64,000 nt of DNA, taken from contig OW569371.1 of the NCBI GenBank assembly GCA_937625935.1, forward strand, positions 248,001 through 312,000, written 5' to 3'. This DNA comes from Tetramitus jugosus. Its lineage: Eukaryota > Protista > Heterolobosea. Of the stretch, positions 62,284 to 64,000 are shown in pieces. A program made the position numbers and the translations under genes. Every line of letters starts with the position of its first letter. Within the stretch, counting starts at the first letter, position 1. The notes below the pieces were generated by a model. That model worked only from the letters and a program-made list of their open reading frames with translations. It ran no database searches and was not told the DNA's origin.

Positions 62284-63681
62284 TCAAGGATGTTTGAAGG
62301 GTTTGATACCTGCATAGTAATTAATCTTGTCTTTTGCGGCAGCTGATAGACGACCCCAAAGCACTACACGAGAGCCCATGGCAAAAGCACCATCCTTTGC
62401 TCCCAGAGAGATATTTTGGGCGAATGTGCCCATTGCTTTGTATTCCGGAAGAGATGGCTCGTCTTTTTTGCTTGCCAGAATCGCCAATAAGGTCCTTCCA
62501 AGAAGTTCGCCCTGAAAGTGAGCATTTGCACCTGATTTCTCACAATCAAAATCGTTGCAATCACCGACAGAGAATACATTTGGATGACTAATCGATTGCA
62601 ATGTCTTATTGATAGCAACAGTCTTGCGATCTGATAGAGCTAAACCACTTCCTTCGATCCACGATGTCCTTGGTTTAGAGTTTGTGCACCAAAATATCAT
62701 TGTCACATCGTTCAATTGCTTTCCACTTTTTGTCGAAAACACCTTGGTCACATCTGGATCCAAATCCTTTGAATAATCATGATCATCACTCGGAATCACT
62801 CTATCATTTAACATAACAGTTACATCATTATGTTGCATAAACTTGTTCACATAATTGTGCGTTCTCTGACCACATCGTTCCAACAAAATGTCTTGTCCAT
62901 GTACCAATGTAATCTTCAAATCAGATCGCTTGTTCTTCTTCTTTAGATCGTTCAATTCACCTACGAGCTCACATCCTACACTACCACCTCCTACAACAAC
63001 AATGTGCTTATTGTTTGGACTCAACAATCGATCATACACTTCCCTCAATGATTTTTCCCTAGATGCCGAATGGTTATCCTTATCCCAATCGGCCTTAATA
63101 TACGGAGCAGAATATCCAGCACCTGTCGCAACAATTAAATAATCATATGGAATCGCATGATGCTTCTGACTTTCTTCTGATTCAATCATATCATAATTCA
63201 CTTGTTGTTTCTCTGTGTTCAATCCCGTGACCTGACAATTCGTAATCACCTTAAACATCTTTCTGCCTTCTTGGGTTGGATATTTGCGATAATATCTGGT
63301 CATCAAATCGTTCTGGAATTGAAGGAGAGAACATGACACATCAGGATACTGTGATGGATTAACCATGCACCTCAATGCACAAGGAACGTACTCATAATAG
63401 TCCTTCTTCTCCAACAGAGTGACTTGAATGCTCTTTTCTTGAAACCTATCACCATTATCACCATTTTCACTACTGTTGCTATCATTGTTATGTCGTGAAG
63501 CCCGTCTTTGCTTCTTATTCTTCTTCTGGAGAAGAGTCGTTGGTTTTGAGAAGAGCTCTAGGACGACAGAGAGACCTGCCATGCCTCCACCAATGATGAC
63601 AATGTTCAAGATGGACGGATCATGGGTTGCCGTTGCGGTGTTGGTTATATTCTCTGTATGTTGTAGTTGTTCAGAAGACAT
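62284..63681 (-). CDS. AIFM2/FSP1-like FAD-dependent pyridine nucleotide-disulfide oxidoreductase
   Basis: 'IVIIGGGMAG' FAD motif, 'YDYLIVATG', 'IVVVGGGSVGCELVGEL' NAD motif, 'PNVFSVGDC'. Confidence 0.88.
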   Translation of the reverse strand: MSSEQLQHTENITNTATATHDPSILNIVIIGGGMAGLSVVLELFSKPTTLLQKKNKKQRRASRHNNDSNSSENGDNGDRFQEKSIQVTLLEKKDYYEYVPCALRCMVNPSQYPDVSCSLLQFQNDLMTRYYRKYPTQEGRKMFKVITNCQVTGLNTEKQQVNYDMIESEESQKHHAIPYDYLIVATGAGYSAPYIKADWDKDNHSASREKSLREVYDRLLSPNNKHIVVVGGGSVGCELVGELNDLKKKNKRSDLKITLVHGQDILLERCGQRTHNYVNKFMQHNDVTVMLNDRVIPSDDHDYSKDLDPDVTKVFSTKSGKQLNDVTMIFWCTNSKPRTSWIEGSGLALSDRKTVAINKTLQSISHPNVFSVGDCNDFDCEKSGANAHFQGELLGRTLLAILASKKDEPSLPEYKAMGTFAQNISLGAKDGAFAMGSRVVLWGRLSAAAKDKINYYAGIKPFKHP

Positions 63682-64000
63682 GATTCAATGAGATTGTTTT
63701 GTTGTTGTTTTCTGCCATGAGATATCTGATCTGGAAGCTCTTTTGCCTTTAAATGAGCGCGGCGGGGTTTGAAAAACTGTCCGGTGGGATGAAAAATGGA
63801 ACGAGCGGCGATTCTCTTGGAGCGAAAGGCGTACGGCTGGGCATTAAGAAATTGACCGATGGAGGATATCCACCGAAAACTGTCTGATCTGAACCGAGAG
63901 AAAGAGCCGAGGATGGATGATTCAAATTCAGCAACAAGGTCTATTACGGTGATTAGCCGAAATAAGACGACAACAAGCAAGACGGTGACTGGCTGAGCGT

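Noticed and set aside
63745-64000. GC-richer stretch with short ORFs on both strands at the window end
   Set aside because: It cannot be assigned; it may be a terminal exon or promoter of a gene outside the window.
1-64000. AAC/GAT/ACT trinucleotide and GT/GA tracts; searched for CRISPR-like arrays, transposases, rRNA and an alternative genetic code
   Set aside because: The tracts are ordinary low-complexity sequence. No repeat-spacer array, transposase or rRNA was seen, and conserved genes translate fully with the standard code once introns are removed.

Overview
Gene-dense eukaryotic (protist) genomic DNA, roughly 40% GC by eye. It uses the standard genetic code, with short intergenic spacers, a few short GT-AG introns and Asn/Thr/Asp microsatellite-like coding tracts. 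The gene content (7TM-RGS, divergent G-alpha, many F-box genes, flagellar genes) suggests a heterolobosean-like amoeboflagellate, but that is inference. I can support about 40 protein-coding genes. Recognisable ones include CARNMT1, Spc24, BBOF1, LPCAT, aralar-type carrier, NUDT1, TPX2, profilin, SCAMP, BBS5-like, MPC, RPN11, MRPL47, MSS4, cyclophilin, ATP-PEPCK and AIFM2-like. There are also three tRNAs (Phe-GAA, Ser-CGA, His-GTG) and an eEF2 pseudogene fragment. The most striking element is a degenerate G-alpha-like protein with an F-box inserted inside its GTPase domain (59613-60989), near a 7TM-RGS gene and an F-box/LRR gene. It belongs to a window-wide set of unusual F-box chimeras: F-box+RING-CH+TM, F-box+ankyrin+GRF zinc finger and F-box+SPRY. 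Other notable items are a tandem CcbP-like protein, a PstS-type receptor kinase, a DCN1 paralog with an altered cullin-binding patch, a perfect 20-bp inverted repeat beside tRNA-Phe, and recurring E2F-like promoter motifs. All family calls are from motif recognition by eye; no searches were run.
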